Assembly (NCBI RefSeq): GCF_001447785.1
Contig: NW_015168098.1
Span: forward strand, 62,001 to 125,739
Direction: 5' to 3'
Source: Gekko japonicus
Taxonomy: Eukaryota
DNA: 63,739 nt
The translations under genes and the position numbers were made by a program. The notes below the pieces were generated by a model that did no database searches, was not told the DNA's origin, and was given only the letters and a program-made list of their open reading frames with translations. Shown here in pieces: positions 61,369 through 63,739 of the stretch (the first letter of the stretch is position 1; each line of letters begins with the position of its first letter).

Positions 61369-61892
61369 CTGTAGACAGAATAACATGGGAATTCTGTATG
61401 TCACCATGCTGTAGACAGAATAACATGCTGTAGACAGAATAACATGGGAATACTAACTGCCACAATACTAACCATTTTGGAGATCTTAATCATTTCAGCA
61501 TAATGATGTTCTTGCATTTCTTAGGGATATTGTCTGAATTCTTTTCCTTCAGCCCCCCAAATACTGTCCTGAGCAAAAGCACAAGCATTGGTAACCTAAT
61601 CTTACTCTCAAATGTTTACTGCATGCTTCTGAGTGCCCTTACTTACCAGTTTAACTTTATTTTATTTATCTTATTTATTTATTTATAGTCTGCCTTCTCA
61701 CAGAGAAACAGTGACTGTCCCAAGGTCATCCAATGAGCTTCCATGGCAGAGTGGAGATTAGAACCTGGCCCACCCAGTTCCTAGTCTAGCACTCGAACCT
61801 CTGTACCAAGCTGGCTACCCTTTTGATTTTTGACACAGAAATACAGTGAAATATTCTACAGCTCTCATTATTCATGGTGTAACTCTTCCTCC

Positions 61893-62249
61893 TAAGGAGC
61901 CGTGGTGGCTCAAGTGGTTAAGACGCTGAACTGCAGGCTGTGGAAGGTCGGTAGTTCAGCAGATCGAGACCCGAGTGTGCCACATGACGGAGTGAGCTCC
62001 CGTCTCTAGTTCCAGCTCCTGCCAACCTAGCAGTTCGAAAGCAAGACATTGCAAGTAGATAAATAGGTACCACTTTGGTGGGAAGGTAAAAGCATTTCGT
62101 GCACCTTGGAGTTTAGTCATGCTGGCCACATGACCACGGAAATGTCTTCGGACAGCGCTGGCTCTTCGGCTTTGAAATGGAGATGAGCACTGCAACCCTA
62201 GAGTCAGATTTGACTGGCTTTTGAGCAAGGGAACCTTTACCTTTACCTT
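61893..62249 (+). mobile_element. Sauria SINE (Squam1), full length
   Basis: tRNA-like head, ccaacctagcagttcgaaagc core, (ACCTTT)n tail; TSD taactcttcctcc at 61880-61892 and 62250-62262. Confidence 0.92.
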
Positions 62250-62899
62250 TAACTCTTCCTCCAGAGTCATCAGAAACTTAAAGATCCCATCTTGCTAGCT
62301 TTTTCCCCTGGAAAAATGAGACTACATGTTGACCACCACTGAACCCTTGTGAACAAAAGTTATGTCAGGCAGGGACTGCAGTGAGAAGAACTTGGGAAGA
62401 TCAAGAGAAAAATGACCAGGTTTCAGCCCAACATGTCCAGCTGGAGAAGCAAGGAATCTTGTCTCCAGTGAACAGTCCTCCTATAAATGCGCGTGGATGG
62501 ATGTTGAGCCCTGACCTGCATAGCTCAGGCTAGTCTGATCTTGCTGGATCTTTGAAACTATTACAACAAACAGGACCACGGTGTAATGTAACCAGTAAAA
62601 CAGTAAATCACCGTGTACAAATAAACAATATAAGTTGATTTTTATCTGCAATGTTTTAGAATTCAATTATCAACAAAATTACAACCATAACACTATAATA
62701 TACAATATAAAGCTAAGCAGTACATATAGAATACTACAGTACTAGGTAATTTTCCAAAATCAAACGTGCTTCATCAAGAGGTACATTAGTGTAAAGTGAG
62801 GAAACATCAAATGTAGCTAGGAAAACATTTGATAATAAACAATTGATAATAAACATTGATAATATTCATGATGTGTTTAGTAGGATCCGACATACTAAG

Positions 62900-63510
62900 T
62901 AAATAAAAGGATCTATCCTTTAGTTGTCTGTTGATTTCTTGAATATAATCTGACGTATTCATGACTACAATTCCTCCCCCCTTATCAGCAGGTTTTATAG
63001 TAATTTCTAGGTCTTATGTTAGATTAGATAAGGCAGTCATTTCCTCTTTGGTTAAATTGTATTTTCTCCAGTGTTTACTTCTGTTCTCCAGGGCTGCAAT
63101 GTCCCTAAGGACCACCTTCTCAAAAGTAGTAACAGTGAGTTCCGACACATTAGGTACAAAGGAAGATTTAGGTCTGAATTTATTAAAGCTACCTGAATCA
63201 GTGCCAAACATGCATTTTAACTTTAACATCCTAATTAACTGAAACACATCTACCAGTGTCTGAAAATCATTATAAGAGGGAACTGGGACAAAGCCCAAAC
63301 CTTTGTTTAGGACTGCCAAGTCTATTGGTGATAAGGAGCGGGAGGAAAGATTTATCACTAATTTTAACTTTAACATCCTAATTAACTGAAACACATCTAC
63401 CAGTGTCTGAAAATCATTATAAGAGGGAACTGGGACAAAGCCCAAACCTTTGTTTAGGACTGCCAAGTCTATTGGTGATAAGGAGCGGGAGGAAAGATTT
63501 ATCACTAGGT
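62900..63510 (-). mobile_element. Penelope-like (Neptune-type) ORF N-terminal region
   Basis: VINLSS..VLNKGLGFVP..NLTKEEMTAL..IKPADKGGGIVVM (DKG motif). Confidence 0.88.
63214..63507. repeat. Exact 147-bp in-frame tandem duplication
   Basis: 63214-63360 identical to 63361-63507. Confidence 0.95.
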
Positions 63511-63739
63511 CCTCCTGCGTCCTCTGCGGGGATGAAAATCCAAAGGTGTATCTCTGCCTCGCTTTTTAAAATTACGTTTAGTATTACTCTGATCATTACT
63601 AGGCTGCTCTGCTGATGTACTAGGTATCTCCTCCCCCTCAGTAGAAGGGCTCTCAGAATTAGATAACGTAAAATCAGCCCAAGAGACTCGTTTCCTAATG
63701 TTACTCCTAGCTAATGAACACCAATTGTAAACTTGAGAG

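Noticed and set aside
62755-62790. Hammerhead motif next to the Penelope ORF
   Set aside because: Only a ttgatgaag-like partial core on the minus strand; no convincing stems or GAAA spacing.
61450-63739. V2R-E exon 1
   Set aside because: No signal peptide/EWYQPGD exon found; it is presumably outside the window or lost.

Overview
Vertebrate genomic DNA. The repeat content (Squam3/Sauria/5S-derived SINEs, BovB, CR1, L2, Neptune-type Penelope) points to a squamate, most likely a gecko. The window is a chemoreceptor cluster with four vomeronasal type-2 receptor (V2R, class C GPCR) genes, reconstructed by hand from the canonical exon pattern 215/292/864/228/127/~900 bp. V2R-A (minus) has intact exons 1-5 but its 7TM exon is destroyed after 17 nt. 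V2R-B (minus) has one 2-bp frameshift in exon 1. V2R-D (plus) is fully intact, 878 aa. V2R-E (minus) has exons 2-6 in the window and a C-terminus replaced by an exonised SINE. There is also an orphan exon-3 relic, a 'ghost' duplicate with almost the whole gene deleted, and one intact single-exon olfactory receptor (family-6-like) between convergent V2Rs. The rest is repeat-dense: a 3.2-kb gag-pro-RT fragment of an unusual endogenous retrovirus (lokiretrovirus/class-III-like, with an apparent amber read-through junction), a 5'-truncated L1 with TSD, Penelope fragments, a Penelope-derived palindromic element with two head-to-head minimal hammerhead-ribozyme motifs, an Ngaro/DIRS SGNH-hydrolase fragment, Harbinger and hAT MITEs and many SINEs. 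There are four assembly gaps. All family assignments come from motif recognition by eye, not database searches.
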